DNA of 64,000 nt from Azolla caroliniana (Eukaryota; Plantae; Polypodiophyta). The notes under the pieces are model-generated. The model was not told where the DNA came from and did no database searches. It saw only the letters and a list, made by a program, of their open reading frames with translations. Location of the stretch: the NCBI GenBank assembly GCA_043228905.1, contig JBHGNT010000016.1:5146001-5210000 (forward strand), in the 5' to 3' direction. Made by a program: the position numbers and the translations under genes. How positions within the stretch are numbered: position 1 is the stretch's first letter; the number at the start of each line of letters is the position of its first letter. Below, piece by piece: positions 1 through 14,205 of the stretch.

Positions 1-60
1 TTGAGTATTGACACTGAGTGTTTCAATTGGGATAGTGAGCTTTGTGAATTAATCAATGTT

Positions 61-2839
61 TTTATTTTTATTTTTAAAGGAAGATACACCTTAGTATATT
101 ACTTGAAAAGTCTACATAGGAAAAACAGAAGGAGACATTTCATCTCACTTCTTTTTGTAAGATACAAAAGCTAGTACATCTGACGATACTAATGATGGCA
201 TATATGAACAAGTAGAACAATACTTACTATCCACTATCCAACATAAATGAAGGTATGGCATAATTCCACTTTGGACCTGCAATTGTCTCTAAAAATAATT
301 GGAGTCCTTGCCATCGGTTCTTAAAGGCCAGTTTTTGTTGCCACAAAACATCATTTGAACCCTGCAGATCATCATATTGCCCATGAAGTGTGTGAACAAA
401 CAACATCCAAAATTCGATAAGCATAGTGTTGAGTTGTATATGGGCATTGTTAAAAAAAGAATCACATCTCGCTTTCCATATTATCCAAAGAGCCAATGAC
501 ATAATTGTACGCCAAATGACCAGATTTTTAATTCTGAACCGTGAAATAGAAGAAGGAAACGAGGTGAGAGAGAGGTGTCCATAAGAAAAATGGAAAACAT
601 GAGAAGCATGCATACTTTCATACCTCATAACCTCTCCATGAAGGACACCCCACAATATTGCACCCCAATAGAATATTGATTGAGAGTAGTGTTGTCTCAA
701 CAATAAAAACAACTTACTCCAAAATTTCTTGATCTTGGGACATAACCAAAACACATGCAAAATCGATTCAGTAGGTGCGCCACAATGCAATCCACAAGCA
801 TATTGTTGATGTTGTCTCAACCAATCACCAACCGAAAGAGCATAATGAATCAACAACCATCGAAAGCAAATGACTTTTTTCGGCAATTGCATGCTCCACA
901 ACCATTTCCAAAATTTTGCAAGTTGTAATTCCTGCACATTATTCTCAGACCAATGCTTCATGGCAGTAGGACATTTATACTTTGATTGCAACATTAAATT
1001 TCTACTTAGCTTAACTGAATATTGGAAAAACTCCAAATGTTTACCATTTCCACCATAACTCAGCTTTTTCCATTGATAATCAGCCGGATCCCAATCTAAA
1101 TTTTGAAGAGGTTTTTTTTGAAAAACCCACAATGAGCAATACAACAAGCATTCTTGAAAGGTTGATCTGAAGACCATTTTTTCCTCGATCTTGTGACTAC
1201 TCGAATGGCCAAAGTGTTGGCGGACATGTAGACATCTGATGCAGAGTATACATGCCACAACCTACCCTCATCATCAACATTAAAATACAGAGCATCACCT
1301 GTAGCATTAGTTACTTTAGCTCCTAAAATAACTTTTAAAGGAGAAAAATAACCAAACCGTATCTGATTACTTAAGGGAGACCATGAAACCATAAATTGTC
1401 CCAATGCCACTTGCATATCATTACTCATAACAACTCCTCCTCAAACTGAATGCATTGATAAAGATTGTAACAGACGATTCATAACATGGCATCCCCATGA
1501 AAGAACATTACATGCAACTGATGCACCCAAAGCAGCCCAATTTAGCCTGGGGCGGCTACCAAGCAATAAACCTCTCGCATCAGAGAAGAGAAAATTCCAT
1601 GTCAAAGGCTATCTCAACAAATCATCCATTGTCAAAGGCATTTTTTGGACAAAAATTTCTTAGCAGCAGCCCAACTTGTGAGAATTCCATTAAAAAATCT
1701 ATCTTCTGGTAAGGATGTTTTAAAGAAATGAAAATTCTAAATAAATGCCCACCTTAACGAGGGTTGCCGAACTCTGCCTATTGTCGGACAAATAGTAGAC
1801 AACCTATGCATCATTAGTTGACTCCAAATACCTTGCATTGGCAACATAGCTCTACACACAAATTTAGAGAGCAAGGCCTTACATTGCGATTCCGGATCCA
1901 CCAACCCCAACCCACCATTTTGTCTTGGAGCAATCAATATTGCCCAAGCTACTTTTGGCCTTTTATTCTGACCTATTTTGTCTCCCCAAATAAAATTGTG
2001 AATAAGTCGTTGAACCTGCAAAATACATGACCTAGCAAACAACGTAGTAGAAGCAATATACCAAATAGTTGCAAGAAAAACTTGATTAGCTACGAGTACA
2101 CGGCTTGCAAATGATAAGTCACCAAATCCCAAAGCAACAATTTTCCTCTAAACTTTAAAAGTAGAGGAGCAACTAACACATCTGCATTAACGTGAAGTCC
2201 CACTTGGCAACCCAAGTAACGAATAGTGGTTCCATCAAGAACCCATTTGAATTCTTGCGAAGGGATCCAAGTAGGCAACGAATTTGGCGATACCCAAAAA
2301 CCAAGAGATTTATGCCAATTTATCTTTGCCCCCGAGGCCAAGTAGAATTCCTCCACCGCTACTTGTAATTTTCTTAAATTATCATCATTACCTTGGACAT
2401 AAATTGTTGTATCATTAGCAAACTTTGAATCGAGCAGTTGTCACTGCATTAAGGGCAAAGGCAAACCCTTAAGAGAAACTTGGGAAGAATTTAAATACAT
2501 TGAAAATGTTTCCACTACTAGCAAAAACAACAATGGGGCCAATGGACAGCCTTGACATATAGAACGCGAAATAGAAAATTTTCTAGTTTGCCCACCGGCT
2601 ACTAAGACCGAACTAAAGGCCTCACAATACAAAGAAGCTACAACCCTAATCCATTGGATCAGAAAGCCTAGTCTAAAAAATGAACCCTCCATGAAGTCCC
2701 AATTAACTCTATCATATGCCTTCTCAAAATCTAATAAAAGAACTGCAAGGTCTTCTTTAGTCTTCCTTGCAATCCTTGTTAACTCCCAAACCAAAAAACA
2801 TTATCAAAGATACTACGTTCCTGCATAAATCCAGTCTAA
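61..2839 (-). mobile_element. 5'-truncated, degenerate L1/Tx1-type LINE (RT, zf-RVT, C-terminus)
   Basis: ORF fragments 2441-2794 (LLLDFEKAYDRVNW, QGCPLAPLLF), 2090-2356, 1737-2132 (VAW..GGLGL) and 227-1258 (C..C..ESILHVFWLCP, LWIIWKARC) are broken by frameshifts. There is an A-rich tail at ~61-77 on the minus strand. The 15-bp direct repeat GAATTAATCAATGTT at 46-60 and 2840-2854 is the TSD. Confidence 0.9.
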
Positions 2840-5800
2840 GAATTAATCAATGTTATGCGTTATCAATATGGTTATATGGTGTGATTGGTATCGTGACATC
2901 AAGTGTGTGAGTGCTTGTCTTTCATGTACTGATACTAATTGTGTATAAGGGATAGATAACCATTTCCAAAGACCAACATCGATGAAACCCACAACAAACA
3001 AATTCACTAGGAAATGTTACAATAACTTGAATATCGTGTCAATGTCGTGTTAGTTCTAGATACAAACCCTCCCTGTGACCATGATGACAATGTTATTCAT
3101 GTGCATGCCATTCATAGGCATGATCCTAGCCATGATTGGTTGTTGAGTTTCCCTTTCCATTGTCATTCCCTAAGTTGTTACTAGCAAATCTCCCTCTTAC
3201 CCATGAACAACAAACGTGTGTCTCCTCGGTCACGAGCTTCACCTAATTGCCAAGGTATCGAAATTTATTGTGAATTTGAATGTGCAATTTTCAATTCCAC
3301 CACTCATCGAGTTTTGGTATAAATTGGCCCATGGTATTTGAACTTTTGAGTAATAACCCTTACATGGAAGGCTCAATGGCAAAGCATCGATCATTTGGAA
3401 GTCATAAGTCCACATCTAGGTTGTTGCCAAATGGAGACAATTTGAGTATAACCTTGCACCCCATGCTCCAATTTTTTTGTTGAAAATTGCACCACAATCC
3501 TTGTTTAATTAAATCGTCGAGAACCCAATCTCACTATTCTTTTTAGAAAACATAAAGATTAAAACATAACATTAGTAATATTTTCCATAGATGGCAACAA
3601 ATTGGGGAAAATGAATAAATTCTAGAACAAATACCATGCATTACATATGGCAATACTTAACAACACCACACATCAGACCACTTGCATCATTGGTACCTTG
3701 TCTTACCTACGACATGTACTTAAAGAATGAACGAGTATAACATTACATTGCTTTTTTGGAGCATGTTCCAATGGCATATATGTTAGATATTTCCACTAAT
3801 TTAAGCATAAAATACGGAAATAAATAAGATAATAAAGAGATAGAGGAAAAAAGTGTGTTGATCCACGTGACCACCATCAAGTGAAGGGATTGAGATGGAT
3901 CCGAGTCTTGAACAATGTCCCATACCACTATTATGGCATCAAGTTGTACTCGGTACTAGTGTCTAATGATGATATTTAGACCTTATATTTAAAGCCATAC
4001 CTTACACCCCTAGACAAGTTCACACTTAGCCCTTAAAGGTTGTCACAATCCCCAGTATTAAAAGTAATCCTCCCTTCTTTACTCACTATTAGCCCTCACA
4101 CTCTTATCATTGTGTGTAGAGTACTATGGTACAAAGAACCACGGGGAAATTTATGGTTATGCCTACAACAATATTAGAATTAGAATTAGAATTTTTATCA
4201 ACCATAAAGAGGCCAATTTTGACCTATGAGACTAGAGTATACATGTGTTTTTGATATATGTCTCCTTCCTAAGAAGGGGTATTCATACATTGAAGCACAC
4301 TCAATGTGTTAATAAAGCTCACACATATGAGCTCAACCTTCTAGGTGGTGTTTTAAGTATGGCACTTTAGTTATCACTCCCTCTTAGTATATCAACATAT
4401 CTTGAACGAATTGCACTATATGTCGAGCATGTGAAGAGCAAGTGACATTCATCCTCTACCATGCCTTCATTGCATACTTTACATGTCTTCAAAATCGTTA
4501 CATTTTCATACCACGAATATCCATCCCCCAAGGAGATACACTAGTTTTGTGTTGCTTAAGAGCTTAATGAAGGCTTACCATAATTTGCAATCTAGTTTCA
4601 ACAACTATTGCAAAAGCTATTACGATGACTCCATGTTAAGAGTTGAAAAGCACATTTACGTTGGCCTTTTCGGAGTCCCATCATAACAATGGTTAATGTG
4701 GTAGATTTGTCTGTCTCAATCGTTGAGGACATAATCGACAATATATTTGGACATGGATTATGTGCCTATGTTCCACGTCTTCACTATGACTAGGCTTTTC
4801 CACACATTGTCAATTGCTGAAAAAGTGCAAATTCGTAGTGAAATACATTGTATTGTATGCTTGAATATTACCCACACCCATCATTGATTGATTCTCATGG
4901 ATTCGACGTATATTGTTCCACTCACACTAGCAGACCATCAAGTGGTACCAATAAAACCTAAAGTGAAGACAACTACCAATATACTGCATGGAACTAATGG
5001 TTGAATACTACATTGCGTGCCACCTAACAAAGACAACGACTTCCTTAGTCACAACCTCATGGCTAATAACCACTGTGGGAGGATGGGTCATGATTTGTGA
5101 TTTTGATCACCAAGATGAAAGAGAGGATCATGCCAAACAAGGGAACTACCAAAATTTTGATTGCACCAAGTGAAGAAACTATGACACATATATTGTTGGG
5201 AAATATCAAAATGATAATCGATGACAAGAGCACCACCAAGACATCTAGTGAGAGGACTACAAATGAGAGGACAATTGCCACTTTTAAAAAAATGGTCGTG
5301 GTCTTGTGTATGAGCGCAAGCCTCTATGGTAGTTCAACTACCATGATTAGCATTAGTACCTTAACCATTTGTAGTGTTGGGATGGCACAATAGCCAAATT
5401 GTAGTCACATTATTCTTTGTGGCAATGACGACTTCAACAAAATTCAATTCCAACCATCACCTATCAAGGAGGCACACCTTGATTGATTGCCCTCATGTTG
5501 TTGACTACAACCAAACTAATGGAACCTGCCACGCTTTTATTTTTATTTGTCACCAAGAGGGTCGCACAAAGGGGTATTATCCCCATCGTCCCCTAGCTTA
5601 TGAATTGAAGTACCTTGTCATGAATTCCATTGGCATTAGGATTGTTGCCATACTCCATGTCACCATCCAAAAAAAATGGTGAAAGAGGACTAGTAACAGT
5701 ATTGGGTCAAGGTTCCCAAAATGAAAAGTGCAAAATAGATTATACCCAAAAGCATGGAGAAAGCCACCATTGATGTTAAACGATAACTCCAGCATTGTCT

Positions 5801-6808
5801 CTACAAACTTGACTATTAAGAGCCCAACCACGCTAGCTACATCTAACTTTTTGATGCCACTACCACCCTAGACACAACCTAGATGACTTTGGCTAAATGA
5901 TAGGTCTCCCTTGTGCTATCTGAACCTCTCCACAATATGCAACATTGGTCAACATTTCTATTGCACCATCTACGTGACAACTATATGGGTCAATCGAGGA
6001 TAAGGTGACATTCCACACTTTATTGATTGTCAATGGTATTGTTCGTCAATCCCAATGTTTACCTGCAAATGATGAGCAATCCCAAATGTCATAATTGATG
6101 ACAATTATAATGTTATTGTGATCACAAGGACACTTATGCAAGCTTAAACATCACCAATTGGGGGCTATTCTTAGTTGGGCAAAGTTGGTGTCTATCGATT
6201 GCTCTTGGGTCATCCATGGTTGAATATGGCTTGTATGAAGCACAATTGACAACAAGGCAAGACAAAGGTCAATATCTCAAGATCTCAACGCTCACTTCAA
6301 CATCAACATTCATCACCCCTTCATGTTGAGATCATGAATATGCTCGAATGGATAAGTGATGTTGACATAGCTAAAAAGTGACCGGAGCATGATGCAAGTT
6401 AAGGTTGAAAGGAGGATCTCACTAGCTCGCCTTGATCAAGGGTAATACACTCTGATGTATATAATCTAACTCGATGTGTACATCTAATAGCATTTGTTTC
6501 TTAAATTGATCATATGGTTGATCTGATGCACTCAATGTTTTTTTCACCTTGGAAATTTCAAGAATCCTATGGTCATGATTCAATAATACCCAAACAACTC
6601 CATTACTAATATAACTGTTTTATTTGTTCATGTATTATTATCTTCTTCCTTTTTCTACGAAACTATCCAATCTATGATTGTTGTTAATCTCACACTCGTT
6701 CGTTCTTATTTCTTCACCTCAATCCATCTCTCGGTCAAAGAGCACCCTAAACCAGAAGATTGTATATTCTTAGCTTATGGTCAAAACCCAAAATTGGATG
6801 GGATTGAG

Positions 6809-7218
6809 TTGAATTTTGACCTAAGCTAAACCCTAAACCCTAAACCAGAAGGCAATCTTTGCGATGATGCTTGTACACCACAAACCATGATGAAAATCGA
6901 ATGAGACTCGGGGGCTTTGTTTTAGAGAACGAGTAGAGGCTCACGACTCATGAGCCAGGAAAATCATTGAATCACACTTGGGTTCTTTACGGATGTGTTT
7001 ATTGGGCACATTAGAGAGATCCACTTAACAATCGACAACGGTTCGGTTCGGTTTGAGAGGGTGAAAACCAAACCGTTTTAAAATTTTGAAACTTGAATGA
7101 AACCACGAAACCGTTAAACCGAACTATTAAAATCTTTTTTGAAACCGTTAAGCCATTAAACCAGTAAAACTGCGATTTCGTGGTTCAGTTTTCGTTTTTA
7201 GTTTAGGTCAAAATTCAA
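6809..7218. repeat. Inverted-repeat-bounded segment with AAACCG/CGGTT motifs; probable decayed hAT/MITE end upstream of MVD
   Basis: TTGAATTTTGACCTAA at 6809-6824 is the exact reverse complement of 7203-7218. ATCGACAACGGTTCGGTT at ~7031 resembles the hAT terminus at 14820/20875. CCCTAAA telo-box-like motifs lie at 6745-6846. Confidence 0.35.
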
Positions 7219-7827
7219 AATTTAAATATTAAAATTTTTCCAAAATGTGAGAATAATGCATGAAAATGAAAAGATTTTAAAAACAAAATTAAAATTTTAT
7301 TTTATTTTTACAAAAAAAAAAAGAATCTTGGTCTTTTTTTTTTTTGTAAACATTTAAGGGTGTGGAGAGTGATTTCTGATGACGTTCTGGAAACGCTACA
7401 AACGGGTTCTGATTTAGTTTGTGTTAAATGTTAATCATACATTAAGTTTCTTATGGGTTCTGATTTAGTTTGTGGTAAATGTTAATCATGCTTTAAGTTG
7501 ATTTTTTGTTCCTAATAGTCCAATCCAGTTCTTGCTAATTGCAGTGGATGAAAGAGTAAAAAATGCAGATGTCTTTCAGTTTTAGAATGTTCTATAGTCT
7601 CTCTGCAGGTAAACAAACTTGCTTCGAAGCAAAGAATGAAAACCTACTAATCCTGAGTCTATCGGTAGTTTCTCATTCCAAATGAAACAAGGGTCAAATT
7701 TTAAAACAAAATTTAAATGAAGTCGTTCTTTCTCTGAAATCAGAAGAAGAAGAAGAAGAAGAAGAAGAAGAAGAAAAAACAGGGGAGCAAGATAATCAGA
7801 AGCAGAGAAACAGAGGAAGAAGAAGAC

Positions 7828-10800
7828 ATGGGAGATGAAGCTAGCTCCAATGAAGATTGGGTGTATATGGTAACTGCAAGAGCTCCTACCAACATTGCTG
7901 TGGTCAAGTATTGGGGGAAACGCCATGAGAAGCTCATACTTCCCATCAATTCTAGTATCAGTGTCACCCTTGATCCTGAAGATCTCTCTGCTACCACCAC
8001 TGTTTCTGTTAGCCCTTCCTTCACATCAGATTGCCTCTGGCTCAATGGAAAAGTAAGAATGCAATGGAGGACATAAAAAGATCCGACTTTTTGAATATCT
8101 TCATATGAAGAGGGCGGCATATAACTAGTTTAGGGTTTACGTCTCAACCTATTTTAGGTTAGCAAAGATCCTGGGTCTAGAATCTATATGAGTCATGTAT
8201 ATTGTTAAGCTCTGCACATGAGTACATGATCATGGATGATTAGCTCGTAATGATGCTATTGTCATTGATATCTGTATGTTTAACGTGCAAATTTGTGATT
8301 TTCACATGATTACTCTCAATCGTACATTATACAAGTTAGCTCATCATGGAGATGTCGTCACTGGGATCTAGATGAGACAATGCCTGTAATTATATTTTGC
8401 GCATGGATATCTTTAGATTTAGATGTGGATTATACCTTAGAAACACATTGCTTTCGATCTACACTGCTTTATGTGATACTCTGCACATAGATGGAGCATG
8501 AATCTTATAACATGTTCATATTTTGCACATGAACTTCTTCAGATCGAGAAATTTCTGTATATGATTTATTTTTTGCCTATTGATTACCTTGAATCTAGAT
8601 GGGGCAGGAATCTTTGAGACATGCTTGTACTTCACACTATGAACTGATTTAATTCTAGCTGACATTGCACATGATTATACTTTGGACATGGATTACTATA
8701 GGTCTAGAAGGGCAGGAATCCTAGGTACATATTATTATTTTATTTTTTATTCTTCTCATAAACTTGTAGCTTATCTATATGTAGCACTAATGGACATGTG
8801 GATCTGGGTGAGGTACATGCACATTGATCATTAAGATCTAGATTGTTTATGAATCTTAGGAAAGTGATAAAATCTTAGTACATGGCCGGATTTTGATTGG
8901 GAGTAAATTTTTTGTAGCTTCTCGTCAAAATATAACATTAACCTAGATATTTATTATCACAGAAAGTGTCTATAGAAGGTGAACGGTACCAAAATTGCCT
9001 ACGAGAAATCAGATCTCGAGCATGTGATGTTGTCAATGCCAAGACTGGGATTGTTATAAAAAAGAAAGATTGGGAGAGCCTTCGATTGCATATTGCATCA
9101 AAGAACAATTTTCCAACAGCTGCAGGGTTAGCATCTTCTGCCGCAGGGTTTGCGTGCCTTGGTAATTAAATTATCTTGAAATTGATTTTTATCGCAATGG
9201 ATATTTTTTGAATCTGGATAAATAGAGAATGTTAATTCCTTTGTTACATTTCATTGGAGATTCTCTCATAGGCTACAGGGTTTGCATGCCGTATTAATCA
9301 AATTTTCTTGAAATTGATTTTTATCGCAATGGATATTTTTTGAATCTGGATAAAAAGAGAATGTAATTCCTTGGTTACATTTCATTGGAGATTCTCTCAT
9401 AGGCCAGTAGACTCTACTTAGATATTTATATAGTGTTATATCTTTTAATAAACTGAATGCAACTTTTGAGATAATGATGTTGTTAGATGAGAGAGCCTAA
9501 TTGAAATTTATGAGTGGTTTTGTGATAGTGCCAAATCATATTGTAAGGTGAAACCTGCAAAACGTGTATAAGAAATCCACAGCGCTACTAGGCATGGCTT
9601 CCGATCACAGCATGCTCTGTGTTCATTACACGAAGGCATGTATTGTGGTTAGGGTTATTGACTCTTATCTACATTTCATGGTTAGATAGGTATGCCATTA
9701 AAAAAAAATTGGAATATAAGGACGATCAACAATTTGTGATTGAGATGGACTAGATATGTAGATTGCAAGAGAATAGGGAAAATATCTCTAATTTGTTATA
9801 TATTAGAATACTTGAAGAAGTTACAACTTAGCGATGCGTGTCATTAAAGTGTAATTGTTGTTGCTTTTTTACCGTTTCAGTGATCAAATTCTATCTTTTA
9901 CTTGTTCTATTTATTGTTTGAAGTGGTGCTACGTCTTGATGCAATCCATATTGCAGCCATTTGATTCCATATTTTGCTTACTTTTATCAATAAATCCTTT
10001 ATCTTGAATCTAGATCTAGCTAGAAATTGGTACAATAATGTAGCAATTTATCATTGTCTCCCTTTTGTTTATGATTGCAGTTTATACCCTCGCTCAGTTG
10101 ATGGGGGTGCAAGAGAGTTATAAGGGGGAGCTTTCTTCAATTGCAAGGTTTGAGCATCTATTCTCATAATACATTCCCACTTTAAATGGATATGGTAACA
10201 GGAGTATATTTCAAAAACAAAATTGCTTCTCATGATACATCTAGTTAGAAAATAAATAGATCTCCATTGATATGCAATCATTTTGATGAAGAAACTTTTC
10301 CACACTGCTATGCTTTTCCTGTAAAACTCATAACTGATAATTAACTTACTCAAGAAACTTTACGAGTGCTGATTCAATCTCATCAGTCAATTGTAACTAA
10401 ACATTTTGCATGCTATTCTGTATAAAACTAAAAGGTTCAATATAATTTGTGTAAAATATTCGCAGGTGAAGATATACATTTTTTTGAGGTTTAAGACCTG
10501 TATAAATTACACATCCACGTGTTGTCTGCATAGCGTTTGGTTTAGGATATTTTCTTCTTTTGACTGTTTGTGTAGAAATTGGAATTCCTATATGAAATTG
10601 TTGGGTGTGGTAATAGTACATTGTAATAAGTTGCAAGGGCCTTTAAATGACAAGATTAATCTTATAATTTGATCAAAAGGAGCCTTTTATCTAAGCTCTA
10701 TCAGCTATACCAGATGAGAGACATCATCATCAATATGTCAAAGATATTCTTGAACAAAATCTGGGAGAGTTTGAACTTTAAAGAACTACCCAATCTTGAT

Positions 10801-13793
10801 GAATGAGCTGGGCAGGAATCACAAATACAGTGGTTATATGTAAGATTGCGTGTTTTAGATGAAGGACAGATTGAGTAATCTTCGATCATATGTTGTTTTA
10901 CCTTCTGCCATAGGAAAATCCTGAATTGGAGACGGTTATGGTGTATTCTACGTAAGTGTTAGTGTGTCAAAATCTGTAGAATACTTTCTCTATGTTATCT
11001 TAACCTTTGATTGCTTGAAGGCTATGAATCATCTTTTCTATGATGTGTAAGTCTCTGTTCTCATTATTAGAAATCTTATATTTAAATTTTTTAGATATTA
11101 GATAACACTAATGCTCAAAATTAGAACATGAATGCCTAGGGTGCTCATTATATGAAGTTCAATAATGAATGAGCTCTTATCCCCTTGAGCTGACTTTCTC
11201 AATCTGATTGTTACAGGGTTGGGTCTGGAAGTGCTTGCCGTAGTCTTTATGGTGGATTTGTGGAATGGGAAATGGGAAAGGTATTATTCACACCGAATAA
11301 CATATATTTGCCTGAAATTGAAGGCTGAGAATTACTACTGATAGTTCGGTTGAAATATTTCAGGATGATGATGGCAAGGACAGTGTTGCAATCCAGCTTG
11401 CTGATGAAGATCATTGGCGAGATCTTATCGTCATTATTGCAGTGGTATATGGATTTCCTTGTATTGATATGCTGCAAGCAGCATACAGCCTTTGTAATTA
11501 GCTTTCCCATAGGTTCTCTGGTGATCATTTGTCTTATGCGTGGAAGTTCGATTCAGTCCCTTGGCAATAGTGACTTATTTTGGAGGTTTTTGGTATTTCT
11601 AATTGTATGTTATCATCGACTCTTTTGAATAATACTCATCCATTTCCAGAAGAGATGAACTTAAGACTAACTGCTTCTCAGTCTGTTTATGATGGCAGAA
11701 TCAAGATACATAATTTATGCATCTTTCACATTAATAATACAGCATGCAGTAGTATATGCACATGTTTCAGTCTAGCATATGCTGCTACTAGCGTTAAAAC
11801 ATTATATATGCATCTTCCAGTTTATAATACAGCATGCCACAGTTGATGCACATGTTTTACGGTAGCAGATGCAGTTACTAGTGATGGAATATTCTTTAGA
11901 AAAGACAAAAATAACTATTTAGAATTTTAATGTCTCTGTTATTGTTTACAAGTACCTCATAATATCAGGAATCACATATGCAGGGATGGATTACAATGCT
12001 ATGAGCTTGCCATAACCTAAATTTTGTTATGCACTGTACTATTTAGTTTTTTAAATATGTCTTTTGTCTTGTGATTTGATTTGGTTGGGACTGCAGGTAA
12101 GTTCACGTCAGAAGGAAACAAGTAGCACATCTGGCATGCAGGAGAGTGTCCGCACTTGTAAACTTCTTCATCATAGGGCAAAGGTGGTTTTACTCTCTTC
12201 ATAATACCACCATAATTTCTCTAATAAAGCAAAGTTTCATGTGTTTGAACTATTAGATGTTAAAAGCTATTGTTTTTTTCTTGCAGGAAGTTGTTCCACA
12301 AGTCATGATAGAGATGAAACAAGCAATAAAAGATCGAGACTTTGCAAGTTTTGCTCGCTTGACCTGTGCAGACAGCAACCAGTTTCATGCAACATGCTTG
12401 GACACATCTCCACCTATATTCTATCTGAATGATACTTCTAAGAAGTAAAAACCATAAGAACATTTTGTTATTTGCATATTTTTTATATGTAAGCTGACAA
12501 TCATCGTTGCATTATGTGGATCTCAATATATCTTTTAGACAAAACGTGCCTAGAATATGTTCTATCTCACTACCTGTTCAAATCTGGTTTATACACATCT
12601 AAGTTCTTGGAGAGGTATAGATATATTATTAATGTCAACAGTAGATATGCACAGGGCCGAACAAATGTTGACGATCAAACTTGGGTTCTCTCAATTTAAT
12701 GACATTGATGCTATGTTGTAATCCACCATGGCGAGAACCAGAGTGTTTGATGTGGGCTGTCACCACCAATTGATATTCAGTTTTAGCTTATATATATAAA
12801 CAGAGATTCTGTACTCTTCTTTCCAAAATGATCTATCTCACTATCTTTTCTCGAAAACGGATTGTCTTATGGCGTGAAACAATCTTTTAGGAAGCTTTTT
12901 TGGATTTCTAAAGAGGCGTACATTAACTAAAGTGATATGTAATCAACTTCGCAGGATTATAGGTGCTGTTGAACGTTGGAACAAAGCTGAAGGGACTCCA
13001 CAGGTCTTTCTTCCATAGTGATATACAAAGGATTTCACTGACACTTGTACTTTTTCTTCACACACACACACACACACATTTGCCTTTCTTTCTTTCTGTT
13101 TGTCTCAATGCATACACATTTGTATGTGCGTCAGGTGGATGTAATTCCTTCATTTTTCATTATTGTTGTGGCTGATTCGACTCTAAAAGAGAATATGATT
13201 TAATTGATAGATAACCAAGGTCAATAATCTGTTGTCTTATGTATTTATTGGTTTGTTTTATTTCACTGTAAAAAAATAAATCTTTATTTGTCAGTAGGCA
13301 GCATACACGTTTGACGCGGGACCGAATGCAGTAATATTCGCTCCAAATAAGAAAACTGCGATGGAGCTTTTGAACCGTTTGCTGTACTACTTTCCTCCAG
13401 CAACCAACCAAGATATCTCAAGGTAGTAAATTATATATATATATAAATGATTTGAAACAATTTTTTAACCATAAATAGTGAGGTTTACTGAGAAATCTCA
13501 AGGTAATGAAGGATGAAGGGGTTTGTTGGTGAGGAAACTTGTAACATAATTTGTGGTAATATTTTCCACAAATAAAAAGACCAAAATGCCGTTCTTGCAG
13601 TTATGTTGTTGGGGATGTGGGTCTCGTCTCATTCAAGGAAATGGATTCCTCCTTTCAACCACCAGAGACACATGGTATGACAATAGCAAAGTCGGAAGGC
13701 GAGCTCGATTACATCCTTTGCACAAAACCTGGTAGAGGGCCCTTTGTGATAGAAGAACATCTCCTTGGTACAACCTCAGGGCTTCCCATTTAG
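7828..13793 (+). CDS. MVD: Mevalonate diphosphate decarboxylase (GHMP family), 10 exons
   Basis: GT-AG exons: 7828-8052, 8963-9161, 10081-10147, 11217-11280, 11364-11444, 12097-12183, 12287-12444, 12955-13003, 13298-13422, 13601-13793. They join in frame. Motifs: [70 protein letters not shown]; ends SGLPI*. Confidence 0.96.
9143..9402 (+). repeat. ~130-bp tandem duplication spanning the MVD exon 2 donor site and intron
   Basis: CAGGGTTTGC...TTCTCTCATAGGC occurs twice (from ~9143 and ~9276); the donor is degenerate in the second copy. Confidence 0.8.
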
Positions 13794-13925
13794 TTGAAGA
13801 TTGGTCTATTTGAACTTAGATGTCCTCCACTGAGAAAGTTTTGTTGGGGATGTGGATTTTTATCTGTGTAAGTGTGCATTTTTTATGTTTTTCATTATCA
13901 TGTAGAATTTTTTTAGCCAAAGACA

Positions 13926-14205
13926 ACTGTTAACTTCTTTTGCCAGCCCATTCTATGATTGTTGATTTGGTTTTGATATCTTTGTAATAAAGCAATCCAC
14001 GGCTTTTAGGGCTTTTCTGATATTTTTAAAGCAATAGTTGTATTTTCATACATCTCATCCATACATAACACGTTTAATTCTAAATGGTTAACTGTTAACT
14101 TCTTTTGCCAACCCATTCTATGATTGTTGATTTGGTTTTGATATCTTTCTAATAAAGCAATCCTTGGCTTTTAGGGCGTTTCTGATATTTTTAAAGCAAT
14201 AGTTG
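13926..14205 (+). repeat. ~115-bp direct duplication in the MVD 3' region
   Basis: AACTGTTAACTTCTTTTGCCA...TTTAAAGCAATAGTTG occurs at ~13926-14040 and ~14090-14205. Confidence 0.8.

Noticed and set aside
2860-6600. Coding-like, CpG-poor stretch with short ORFs (e.g. 5097-5393)
   Set aside because: No recognisable motif in the frames I read; probably decayed transposon DNA, but I cannot assign it.
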